IMG/VR virus record: IMGVR_UViG_3300045988_157190
Location: 32,001 to 96,000 of that record
Length of the DNA: 64,000 bases
Strand: one strand, 5' to 3'
Source: a virus
Shown piece after piece: positions 42,926-51,580 of the stretch. The notes under the pieces are model-generated. The model was not told where the DNA came from. It saw only the letters and a program-made list of their open reading frames with translations, and did not search any database. Position 1 is the stretch's first letter. Each line of letters begins with the position of its first letter. The position numbers were made by a program, and so were the translations under genes.

Positions 42926-44899
42926 ATGGGTTTAAACTTGAAAGCGTTGCTCGGATTGCAGACGCAAAATGAAAAAATAGCTGAATATAAAAGACTTCTT
43001 AAAAAAGGAAAAGAGGTAAGCCAAGAGATAAGCTCCCTTGGTGAAATCTATTCCATTCAGAAGTCGCAGTACGATGAACTGAAAGGAAGTGAAGATGCTG
43101 ATGCAGTTGCAAAGGCAGAAAGTTGTTTTAATGAGTTTTTAAAGCAACAGTCTAAGGATTTGATGGATGTGTACAAGAGAAGAAATTCTATCCATAAATC
43201 CATTGCAAAGTTGGAAAATGATGAAGAATTTGCTGAAATGGCAAAAGACATTCGTCAACTTGAAAGCTGTCGTGAGTTATGGAGACAGGGCTTGATCAAG
43301 AAATCTGTTTACTTTGATTTGTTTAAGGCGAAGCAAGGGAAAGTTCAGTTTGCGGACGTGCTTGTTTTTAGAGGAGACAAACTTCTTATTTTGAATCGTG
43401 TGGGAGAAAAGGGCGCGGTTTCAAATGATTGGTGTATTCCGGGTGGACATGTTGACCCGGGAGAAACTTTCTTGCAAGCTGCAAAAAGAGAACTGTTTGA
43501 GGAAACAGGTATTGATATGTCGGAAGAACTTTTGATGCCGGTCGGTAAATACATTCCAAAGAGAAAAGGTATTGAAATTCACTATTTCATGTGCTTTGTT
43601 GATCCTGATGCTCCTGTCAACATTCTTGTGGACGGAGAAGAAGAAACAGGTAGTGAATGGATCAATCCTCACACTGAACTTGACCAATATAATTTTATCT
43701 TTGATATGAAAGATAATATCAAACGTATTCTTGGTATTGAGGTACAGGATGAGTTTCAGTTGGTAATGAAATCTTTCAAAGAGGGCAAAATTTCAAAGGA
43801 TGTATTCACCTCCTATTGTGAAAAGAATCCTGAAAAACTTGAAAAGTCGGCAAACAAAACTTCTTTTACGCATGAAGAAAGAAAGGATTTGGCAAAGAAA
43901 GGTGAAGCAATGCCCAATGGCAAATATCCTATTCGCAATCGGCAGGATTTGAAAGATGCTATTCGTTTGTCCGGTAGTTCTTCTATGTCGAAAGAAGAAG
44001 TAAAGAAATGGATCAAGAAACGGGCAAAGGAGCTTAATCTGGAAGACGAATTGCCGGAAGACTGGAAAGTAGAAAAAACTATGGATACAGCAGACGTACA
44101 TGTATTGCAGCGTGAATCTTTGGATGGTGAAACCAAAAATATTGTTCGTACAGAGGATGGTGTAGGCGAAGGTATTGAAAAGGCTATTACTTTCAAGAGA
44201 ACTATCTATGAAGAAAAAGAAGTCGAAGTGGTAGAAGAGCCGAACAAATACACTTACGGTGAGTTTCATATGAATTTCTCTGATAATGATGGTGGAAAAG
44301 GAGATAAGTTTGCTGATTTTTTAGGCATACTTCAAAAGGTAACTTGTCTTGGTAAACCTTTTTCTATTGTTATTAAGACAGAAGAAAATGGGGAACAAGA
44401 ATGGAAATGGAATGGTAAGTTTCGCATTGAAGGCACTACCAAAACAGAAAACATCCGAAAATCGACAGAAGATGAATTGTCTGTTGAAAATGGAAATACC
44501 GAAGAAATCGAAAAGTCCAAAAAGACCGATAAGAGTATTTTCAACACTTATCTCAATTTTCTGGAAGGAACTAAAACACGTCTTAAAAATATTCATTGGG
44601 GTGAGGAAGATAATTCCAAGCATGTCTATCTCGATGAACTTTCAGAAGAAGTTTCAGAATTTGAGGATAAGATTGCGGAAGCCGGGCAATCGGGATTCGG
44701 ACGATTCAAAGACGGGGAAATCCAAGGGGATGAAGTGAAAGAGGATGATCCGGTTGCTATTTGCCAAATGATATTCGACAAAACGATTGAGTTCAGAAAA
44801 GAACTTGCTGAAAAGGATGAATACATTGGCGAGGTAAGCTGGATTGATGATTTTCTTGCAACACTCAAACAGTCTAAATATAGATTGCAATTGCATTAA
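42926..44899 (+). CDS. large multidomain protein with a central Nudix hydrolase domain
   Basis: Perfect Nudix box GHVDPGETFLQAAKRELFEETGI (nt 43445-43513). The C-terminal KNIHWGEEDNSKHVYLDEL...DKIAEAG is faintly Dps/ferritin-like. Confidence 0.75.
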   Translation: MGLNLKALLGLQTQNEKIAEYKRLLKKGKEVSQEISSLGEIYSIQKSQYDELKGSEDADAVAKAESCFNEFLKQQSKDLMDVYKRRNSIHKSIAKLENDEEFAEMAKDIRQLESCRELWRQGLIKKSVYFDLFKAKQGKVQFADVLVFRGDKLLILNRVGEKGAVSNDWCIPGGHVDPGETFLQAAKRELFEETGIDMSEELLMPVGKYIPKRKGIEIHYFMCFVDPDAPVNILVDGEEETGSEWINPHTELDQYNFIFDMKDNIKRILGIEVQDEFQLVMKSFKEGKISKDVFTSYCEKNPEKLEKSANKTSFTHEERKDLAKKGEAMPNGKYPIRNRQDLKDAIRLSGSSSMSKEEVKKWIKKRAKELNLEDELPEDWKVEKTMDTADVHVLQRESLDGETKNIVRTEDGVGEGIEKAITFKRTIYEEKEVEVVEEPNKYTYGEFHMNFSDNDGGKGDKFADFLGILQKVTCLGKPFSIVIKTEENGEQEWKWNGKFRIEGTTKTENIRKSTEDELSVENGNTEEIEKSKKTDKSIFNTYLNFLEGTKTRLKNIHWGEEDNSKHVYLDELSEEVSEFEDKIAEAGQSGFGRFKDGEIQGDEVKEDDPVAICQMIFDKTIEFRKELAEKDEYIGEVSWIDDFLATLKQSKYRLQLH

Positions 44900-44967
44900 G
44901 GAGTTTAGAGGTAGATTATGATAATTATTAATAAAAGTTAAAATATTGGGTTATTGTGATTTATCTC

Positions 44968-44975
44968 TAATTTTG
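44968..44975 (+). promoter_or_regulatory. -7 box TAATTTTG before the protease-scaffold-capsid operon
   Basis: 52 nt before the ATG at 45027. Confidence 0.45.
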
Positions 44976-45026
44976 CAGTATTTTTGAGTGTTATAAATAC
45001 GTTTATTTCAATTTCAACCAATCAAA

Positions 45027-45767
45027 ATGTTTGATAGTTTTAAATTATATGTAGATTTGGATTTGGAGAAAGCCAAAAGCGCGGTATCAGAGCAACAATC
45101 TCCATACGCAAACATGGTATTTTCCGGTGTCGCTTCCGATTCTTCAAAAGATGATGAAGAAGAAGTCTTAGAGCCGTCCGGGTTTATATATGATAGATTT
45201 TTGAAATCCGGTTTGTTTAACCTCGATCATTTGCCCACACGTTCACCTATTAACAAAAGTCGTTTTTGGATTGGTGAACCTATTGAAGCCTATGTGAAAG
45301 ACAATAAGTTTTTTGTAAAAGGTAAATTGTGGGAAAAGTCGCCGGAAGCCCGTGCTTTTTGGGATAAGGCAATTGAAATGCAAGAATCGGGTTCGACAAG
45401 AAAACCGGGTATGAGCGTAGAAGGTAAGGCGTTGGAACGGGATAAGAAAAACCCTAAAAGAGTGACAAAAGCTCTTATTACAAACATTGCTCTTACAATG
45501 ACACCGGTCAACACTAAGACCTATTTGGATATCGAAAAAAGTAAGGGTGGTAATGTGAATGATTTGTTGGAAATACAAAAATCAACTATTCTTTTTGAAT
45601 ATTGTACAGAGAATGGACTTGTCCAGATTGACAATAATTTCAAGGTGAATTTTCAAAAATCACATTCTTTTGATGTTGATGCTTTTTGGGAAATTTATCG
45701 TGCAGTTCAAGAAGGTAGGGTTGAAAAAAGTGTTTTAGATACATTCGTAGAAAAAGTTCGACAATAA
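45027..45767 (+). CDS. prohead protease (HK97/S78-like pattern)
   Basis: Position before the scaffold and capsid genes. FNLDHL...IGEPIEAYVKDNKFFVKGKL...PGMSVEG...LTMTPVN resembles S78 blocks. Confidence 0.5.
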   Translation: MFDSFKLYVDLDLEKAKSAVSEQQSPYANMVFSGVASDSSKDDEEEVLEPSGFIYDRFLKSGLFNLDHLPTRSPINKSRFWIGEPIEAYVKDNKFFVKGKLWEKSPEARAFWDKAIEMQESGSTRKPGMSVEGKALERDKKNPKRVTKALITNIALTMTPVNTKTYLDIEKSKGGNVNDLLEIQKSTILFEYCTENGLVQIDNNFKVNFQKSHSFDVDAFWEIYRAVQEGRVEKSVLDTFVEKVRQ

Positions 45768-45784
45768 TTTTTATACATAATGTT

Positions 45785-46471
45785 ATGGTAGACGTAAAAG
45801 AATTTAAAGACGATCCGTTATACAAGGCACTTGAAAATTCTGGTTTCAGTGCAGAAGATATCGCTACTATGGTGGAGAACGGAGATGTAACTTTTGAAAA
45901 ATCGAAAAGTGTTGCCGATATGAAAGAATCCGAAAAGAAGGAGGACAAGAATATCGGCAATGACAAAAAGCACATTGACGATTTGAAGAAGGACGAAAAA
46001 GAGGATAAAAAAGACAAGAAGGACTTGAAAGAGGACATCAAAGAGAAAGAAGACAAAGTTGAGAAATCTTTCTCTATGGATGATATGAAGGCTTTCGGTG
46101 CTTCTTTGGCTGCTAACATCGTTAAGGGCATGACAGAAGTCATGAACGAACGTTTTGGCAATATTGAAAAGTCTTTGGAATCTTTCGGTGCGCAGACACC
46201 TTCTTTTAAGGGAGTGCAGACTTCTGCTGTTTTGGAAAAATCCATGAAGCCGGAAGTGGACGAAGATGGTAAGACACTTCTTTCTGTCACAAAACAACGT
46301 CCTTTGGTGATGGCAGCTATCAACAAGGCTGTTGAAAACGCCGGTGAAGAACTTGAAAAGTCGATTGGTGATGATGCTCTGATTTTCTTGGCAGACAGTC
46401 AGGCTGAAACCATTGGACAGGATTTGGCAAAATTCATGTACGAAAAGTACAACATCAAGTTCCAGAAGTAA
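45785..46471 (+). CDS. scaffolding protein
   Basis: Acidic K/E/D-rich low-complexity coiled coil between the protease and capsid genes. Confidence 0.55.
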   Translation: MVDVKEFKDDPLYKALENSGFSAEDIATMVENGDVTFEKSKSVADMKESEKKEDKNIGNDKKHIDDLKKDEKEDKKDKKDLKEDIKEKEDKVEKSFSMDDMKAFGASLAANIVKGMTEVMNERFGNIEKSLESFGAQTPSFKGVQTSAVLEKSMKPEVDEDGKTLLSVTKQRPLVMAAINKAVENAGEELEKSIGDDALIFLADSQAETIGQDLAKFMYEKYNIKFQK

Positions 46472-46510
46472 GAAGTAATTCGATCGAATAAATATAAAGA
46501 TTATAGAAAG

Positions 46511-48019
46511 ATGGACTTGTATAACTATAATGATTTAGCTGCTTTTGGCGGTGCTGGTAATGTTGCCGATGTGTTGAAAGCAATGGAAGCCGGTTTACAA
46601 ACCGGTATGCAGTACGACAATCAGATCAACAATGGTGGTGGTCTGAAAGTTGAATCTTTGGATGCTTACATCAAGGTTTTGGCTAACCGCTTGAACCAGT
46701 TGGTTGTTTACAACGAAATGCCGAAACAGAGAATTGAGAATACGGTTCACCAGTACAACCAGTTGTACAAATATGGTGAAGAAATTGGTATTTTCAATCT
46801 TGAAGGTGAAACACCGGAAGAAACAGATACTCAATACATCCGTAAGTCAATCATCTCTAAGTTTATGGGCGTTACAGGACAGGTAACTGATCCGGCTATG
46901 CTTGCTAAACTTGCCGGTGGTATGAACATGTACACTCGTGAGGTACAGAATAAGACCACTTTGCTTTTGACTTTGATTGACACTCGTTTGACGGATGCTG
47001 ATTCTACTTGTATCGCAGAACAGTTTGATGGCATCTTCCGTCAGCACATGATGGGTGTAGCTGCTACTGACCGTGGTTCTACGGAAGGTATGAGCACAGA
47101 ACAGATTTTGGATGCTTACTATGGCTCACAGGCTGTGATTGATGCACAGAATGGTATCTTGACTGATGCTTTGGTTGAAGATGCTGCTGATCGCGTTGTA
47201 AACGTTTACAACGGTTATATCGACCGTATCGTTTCTGCACCGGTTGTGTTCAACAACTATGTGAAGAAATTCCATGAATCAAAACGCGTTGTTGTTGGCA
47301 TGTCTAACAGCGTTGTAGGCGCAACAATGGGACAGTCTGTAAACGACATCATGACGCAGTTCGGTAAGGTTGCTGTTAAAACAGACAAGTTCTTTGACGT
47401 TCGCCGTCCGATCAAGGCTTCTGCTACAGCTTCTTCTCCGAAGGCTCCGGGTATTCCTGTTGCTGGTGGAACTAAGTCTGTTGTTGTTGCCGATACAAAA
47501 ACCAACTTCGTATTACATGCCGGCTCTTATGGCTACTTGGTAACAGCTAAGAACCGTTATGGTGAATCTGCTCCTTTGAAATTGACGGATACTGCTCTGG
47601 CAGTTGCAGCTAATCAGTCTGTAGATTTGCAGTGGACAGCTCCAGTTGGAGGTGCTTATGCTCCTACTTGCTACGTTGTTTATCGTACTAAGAAAGTAAC
47701 TGCTTTGACAGATACGACAGAATACTATCCTATCTTCACTATTCCGGCTTCTATGCTGGCTGCTGGATATGATGGTGCTGCTGCAACAAAAGTACGTGAC
47801 CGTAACCGTATCATTGCAGGTACGAAGTCTGCTCTGATTTACTATAACGACAGCCAGATCAACGAATACTTGCAGTTTGGTGACACTCGCAAACTTGACT
47901 TTGCAATCACCGCTCCGTCTCGCAGATTCGCTATCTTGAACTACGGTACTCCAGTTCTGTATCAGTCGGCTAAGATTTGCCGTATTATCAATATCGGTGA
48001 TGAAGGTTTGGGTGCATAA
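46511..48019 (+). CDS. major capsid protein
   Basis: 502 aa in the expected position, with noticeably higher GC and biased codon usage. A strong terminator follows. Confidence 0.7.
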   Translation: MDLYNYNDLAAFGGAGNVADVLKAMEAGLQTGMQYDNQINNGGGLKVESLDAYIKVLANRLNQLVVYNEMPKQRIENTVHQYNQLYKYGEEIGIFNLEGETPEETDTQYIRKSIISKFMGVTGQVTDPAMLAKLAGGMNMYTREVQNKTTLLLTLIDTRLTDADSTCIAEQFDGIFRQHMMGVAATDRGSTEGMSTEQILDAYYGSQAVIDAQNGILTDALVEDAADRVVNVYNGYIDRIVSAPVVFNNYVKKFHESKRVVVGMSNSVVGATMGQSVNDIMTQFGKVAVKTDKFFDVRRPIKASATASSPKAPGIPVAGGTKSVVVADTKTNFVLHAGSYGYLVTAKNRYGESAPLKLTDTALAVAANQSVDLQWTAPVGGAYAPTCYVVYRTKKVTALTDTTEYYPIFTIPASMLAAGYDGAAATKVRDRNRIIAGTKSALIYYNDSQINEYLQFGDTRKLDFAITAPSRRFAILNYGTPVLYQSAKICRIINIGDEGLGA

Positions 48020-48051
48020 CTAAGACGTATTTAGTCTCGGAATTTTATAAA

Positions 48052-48095
48052 GGGAGGGAAAGGTTTTTGAAACACCTTCCTCTCCCTATTTTATT
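48052..48095 (+). terminator. terminator after the major capsid gene
   Basis: gggagggaaagg pairs with ccttcctctccc (wobble/mismatch tolerated), followed by tattttattt. Confidence 0.6.
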
Positions 48096-48116
48096 TATCA
48101 ATAAATCATATTTCGT

Positions 48117-48683
48117 ATGAAAAAGATTGTATCAACAGTATATAAAAACACTACCATTCAGTTTTTGAATGAGCTTGTGGAGTTTGAAAACGGGAAAGCC
48201 GAAGTAAAGGACGAAACTTGGGAATACATCAAAAATGGCGGTTTCTCCGGTATTGCTTTGGAAGAAGAAGCTAATACGCTTGAAAAGGAAAAATCTGAAT
48301 CTGAAAAAGATACTGATGAAGCTCTGAAAGTTCTGAAAGAAGAATACGAGTTTGAAATTGCTCGTTTGAACGGTATTATCAAAGATAAGAACAAGAAAAT
48401 CGAACAATTGGAGCAGTCTATTGACGTTTGGAAAAAAGAGGTTGAAAGACTGTCTAACGGTGGTCAGCCGAAAGAAACTGTGGAAGAACCGGTTAAAGAA
48501 GAAGCCGGCGCAACAGAAGAAGAAATTGCTTCTTTAAAGGAAGATATGTCTAAAATGACTTTTGAGGATTTGAAGGCACTTGCTATTGAAAACGGAATGA
48601 GCAAACAGAAAGCCGGAAGATTCAAAGAAGAAAGTCAGAAAGATGAACTGATTGATGCTATAATTGCGTTACCCAAAAAGTAA
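48117..48683 (+). CDS. acidic coiled-coil protein with C-terminal HeH/Rho-N-like motif
   Basis: MTFEDLKALAIENGMSKQKAGRFKEESQKDELIDAIIAL. Confidence 0.5.
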   Translation: MKKIVSTVYKNTTIQFLNELVEFENGKAEVKDETWEYIKNGGFSGIALEEEANTLEKEKSESEKDTDEALKVLKEEYEFEIARLNGIIKDKNKKIEQLEQSIDVWKKEVERLSNGGQPKETVEEPVKEEAGATEEEIASLKEDMSKMTFEDLKALAIENGMSKQKAGRFKEESQKDELIDAIIALPKK

Positions 48684-48698
48684 AAAAGACATTAAGTT

Positions 48699-49505
48699 AT
48701 GCCGGGACAACTGATTTTTACAGTAAAGTACAAGAAAAATACGGGTTCTGTCATTTCCGTTGCGGAGATGTGGAACAATTACCTGTACGGTATCGCTATA
48801 CAAGCCGGTACGGGGACTTCTTTTTCTGATGAATCACTTAGAACTTATTTGAGTGCTGCACAGAGAGAGATCGAGAATTATTTTAATCTCAAATTTGTAA
48901 AGCAATTAGTTGAATCGGAAACACATTCTTATTACAGAACAGATTATTTCCAACAATTTCCTATCATTCAAACTAACTGCCCGGTAAGAGTTCCACTTGC
49001 ACTTACAGGTATGCTTAATAAGATGGAGCAGATTATTTACCCGCAAGGTTGGCTTAGTTGTGAGAAAGATATGGACGGGATAGGAAAACGAAGAATGAGT
49101 GTTGTTCCTACCGGTGCAAATTCGGTCAATGCGAACGCAGATGTTATCCTTACCGGAATGACAACTCAGATAGGCTTCCAGCGGTTTACAAACATACCAG
49201 ATTATTGGGATATTCAATATATAACCGGTTTTGATTTGGATAAAATGCCTGCCGATTTGATTAATCTTGTTGGTAAACTTGCTTCGTTCGGCCCGCTTAA
49301 TATTGCCGGAGATATGATATTCAGTTTACCCGGTATAGCTTCTATGCACTTGGAAATAGATGGATTAAGACAATCTATCAACTCTACCGCTTCTGCTGAA
49401 AATGCAGGTTACGGGGCACGCTTGAAACAGTATCAAAAAGAAATAGAGGAAACTGTAGGGCGGATAAAACTCGTGTACGATGAATTTAGGTTTTTAGTAT
49501 TATAA
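48699..49505 (+). CDS. head-tail connector/neck protein (by position)
   Basis: ORF in the virion module. No motif recognised. Confidence 0.45.
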   Translation: MPGQLIFTVKYKKNTGSVISVAEMWNNYLYGIAIQAGTGTSFSDESLRTYLSAAQREIENYFNLKFVKQLVESETHSYYRTDYFQQFPIIQTNCPVRVPLALTGMLNKMEQIIYPQGWLSCEKDMDGIGKRRMSVVPTGANSVNANADVILTGMTTQIGFQRFTNIPDYWDIQYITGFDLDKMPADLINLVGKLASFGPLNIAGDMIFSLPGIASMHLEIDGLRQSINSTASAENAGYGARLKQYQKEIEETVGRIKLVYDEFRFLVL

Positions 49506-50788
49506 GGAGGGTAATTTGTTTATTTTGTTTTTATTGAAATTTCAAATAGTAAAATTGATTGATGAGATTGGTTGAAAAACATATTGTTAAAGATAACCGA
49601 TTTGAAGATATTTGCCTCAAATCAGGATTGCTATATAATTATGTCCTGTATAATGTGCGTCAAGGTATCTTCAATAAAGAATATCTGAAAGAATATGATC
49701 TTTCTACTAAACTTTGCAAAGAAAATCAATTTGATTTTAGAAATTTGCCATCATCTATTTCTCAGCAAGTAGTTGGACAAGTATTCAAGTCTATCAATTC
49801 TTGGATAAAGTTGAAAAAGGATTTTGGAAAGAATCCAGCTAAACACAACAATCGTAAGCCTCACCTTCCTTCTTACAAGAAAGGAAAGAAACAGAATATG
49901 GTAGTCTTTACAACTTCTGCTTGTAGAATCAAAGATGGATATATTTACTTCGTTAAAAATATCATTCAACCAATTAAAACTAAAATAGGAAACAATAAAC
50001 TATGTCAAGTTAGAATTATACCACAAGCTACTTGTTATGTAGTTGAAGTGATTTACGAAAAGAAAGAACAGGATTTGAATTTAAACAAAGATAATGTTCT
50101 TTCGATTGATTTGGGATTGAATAATTTATGTTCATGTATTAACAATGCAGGAAAACAACCTTTCATTGTAAACGGACATATTATCAAATCTTTTAATCAG
50201 TGGTACAATAAGAGAAAAGCTAAATTAATGTCTTTTGCAGGAGACAAAGGGACTTCAAAAAGACTTAGACAACTTAACAATTATAGGAATTTTTGGATAG
50301 AAGATCATATCCATAAGGTTAGTAGATTTATTATAAACTATTGTATTGACAATAATATCGGTAGTCTTGTAGTAGGACTGAATAAAGGATGGAAACAGAA
50401 AATTAATCTTGGAAAGAAAACAAACCAGAAATTTGTTGAGATTCCTTTTTCAAGGCTTATAGATAAAATTTCCTATAAATGCAAATTAGTTGGAATTAGT
50501 TTTTATCTTAGTGAAGAATCATACACATCAAAGGTTGATCATTTAGCTTTTGAAGAATTAGGAAAACATGACGCTTACTTAGGCAAAAGAAAGAAACGTG
50601 GGTTGTTCCAAAGTTCTGTAAATAAATTGATTAACGCAGATATCAATGGAGCTATTGGAATAGGTAGAAAAGTATTCAGTGATTCTTATGTAAGTAGGAT
50701 AATTGATAGTGGGTTAGCGTTTACCCCGGTCAAAGTAAACATTGCATAGTGTGGAAATTTGATAAATGAAATTTAAAATTTTAGTAAC
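49506..50788 (+). mobile_element. tnpB-only IS200/IS605-like insertion between two virion genes (boundaries approximate)
   Basis: The whole intergenic gap is filled by tnpB copy C, with 56 bp of 5' and 39 bp of 3' flank. GAAATTTCAAATA (5') and GAAATTTGATAAAT (3') are similar end words. Confidence 0.5.
49562..50749 (+). CDS. tnpB: TnpB-like RuvC nuclease, copy C (intact)
   Basis: SIDLGLNNL (D), SEESYTSK (E) and NADINGAIGI (D). The closest paralog is copy A. Confidence 0.85.
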   Translation: MRLVEKHIVKDNRFEDICLKSGLLYNYVLYNVRQGIFNKEYLKEYDLSTKLCKENQFDFRNLPSSISQQVVGQVFKSINSWIKLKKDFGKNPAKHNNRKPHLPSYKKGKKQNMVVFTTSACRIKDGYIYFVKNIIQPIKTKIGNNKLCQVRIIPQATCYVVEVIYEKKEQDLNLNKDNVLSIDLGLNNLCSCINNAGKQPFIVNGHIIKSFNQWYNKRKAKLMSFAGDKGTSKRLRQLNNYRNFWIEDHIHKVSRFIINYCIDNNIGSLVVGLNKGWKQKINLGKKTNQKFVEIPFSRLIDKISYKCKLVGISFYLSEESYTSKVDHLAFEELGKHDAYLGKRKKRGLFQSSVNKLINADINGAIGIGRKVFSDSYVSRIIDSGLAFTPVKVNIA

Positions 50789-51580
50789 GTGGCAAAGAGT
50801 ATTTTACAAACACCGGTTCCGCCTTTGAGTAATGCAAGTCCTGAATTTATACGTTCAGAGTTTGATTCTGCCGTTTATTTGAAAGGGTATGAGGTGATAT
50901 TGGAAAAGGCGTTAAGATGTCCTTGTAATGCACCGGATGCGCCTTTAGTGGATTGCCAGAATTGTTTTGGTACAGGTTATTTTTATATCAATCCTACAAA
51001 CACTCATGCTCTTATAACCGGCATAAACGGGGATAATAGTTACAAACGTTGGTCAGAAGAACTGATAGGAACAATTAACGTAACGGTAACAGACGTTGAT
51101 AAACCCAATTTAGGATATTTTGACCGGATCACAATTTTAAAAGAGTTCTCTTACTTTAGTGAAAATTTGTCTGTAAGAACGGATGGGGAGAACTTTTTTG
51201 TGTTTACGACTTACAAACCATTGAGCATTTATAGCATACATGTGTTTGAATCGTCTACAGAGCCTTTGAGACAGCTTTCTCCGGCAGATTATAAGATAAG
51301 TGATACAAACCCTTATTGCGTAATTTTGACGGCTGATATGTCTTTAAATCCGGTTGTAAGCATTTATTACCAGCATCAATTGGAATTTCATGTATTGGAC
51401 TTTCCTCATGAAGTTCGGGCTTCTTGGAAGAAAAACAAGGAAACGGGACAGTTGGAAAGAACAAGACTTCCTATTCAAGCAGTGGCAAGAAGGACACATT
51501 TGATTGTGTCTGAAAAACCTAATTTTGATGGATCGGGAGTTATTTTGAATGATAATATTCAAATGAAAATTAGTGAGTAA
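50789..51580 (+). CDS. virion/neck protein (by position)
   Basis: GTG start. CPC...CQNCFGTG Cys cluster. Confidence 0.5.
   Translation: MAKSILQTPVPPLSNASPEFIRSEFDSAVYLKGYEVILEKALRCPCNAPDAPLVDCQNCFGTGYFYINPTNTHALITGINGDNSYKRWSEELIGTINVTVTDVDKPNLGYFDRITILKEFSYFSENLSVRTDGENFFVFTTYKPLSIYSIHVFESSTEPLRQLSPADYKISDTNPYCVILTADMSLNPVVSIYYQHQLEFHVLDFPHEVRASWKKNKETGQLERTRLPIQAVARRTHLIVSEKPNFDGSGVILNDNIQMKISE

Noticed and set aside
43793-46326. Long antisense ORFs (43793-44269, 43813-44196, 45640-46326, 45818-46297; likewise 57347-57871 and 58013-58507)
   Set aside because: These are shadow ORFs opposite K/E-rich or Gly/Ala-rich genes, with low-complexity translations. The sense-strand genes carry clear motifs (Nudix box, scaffold, tape measure).
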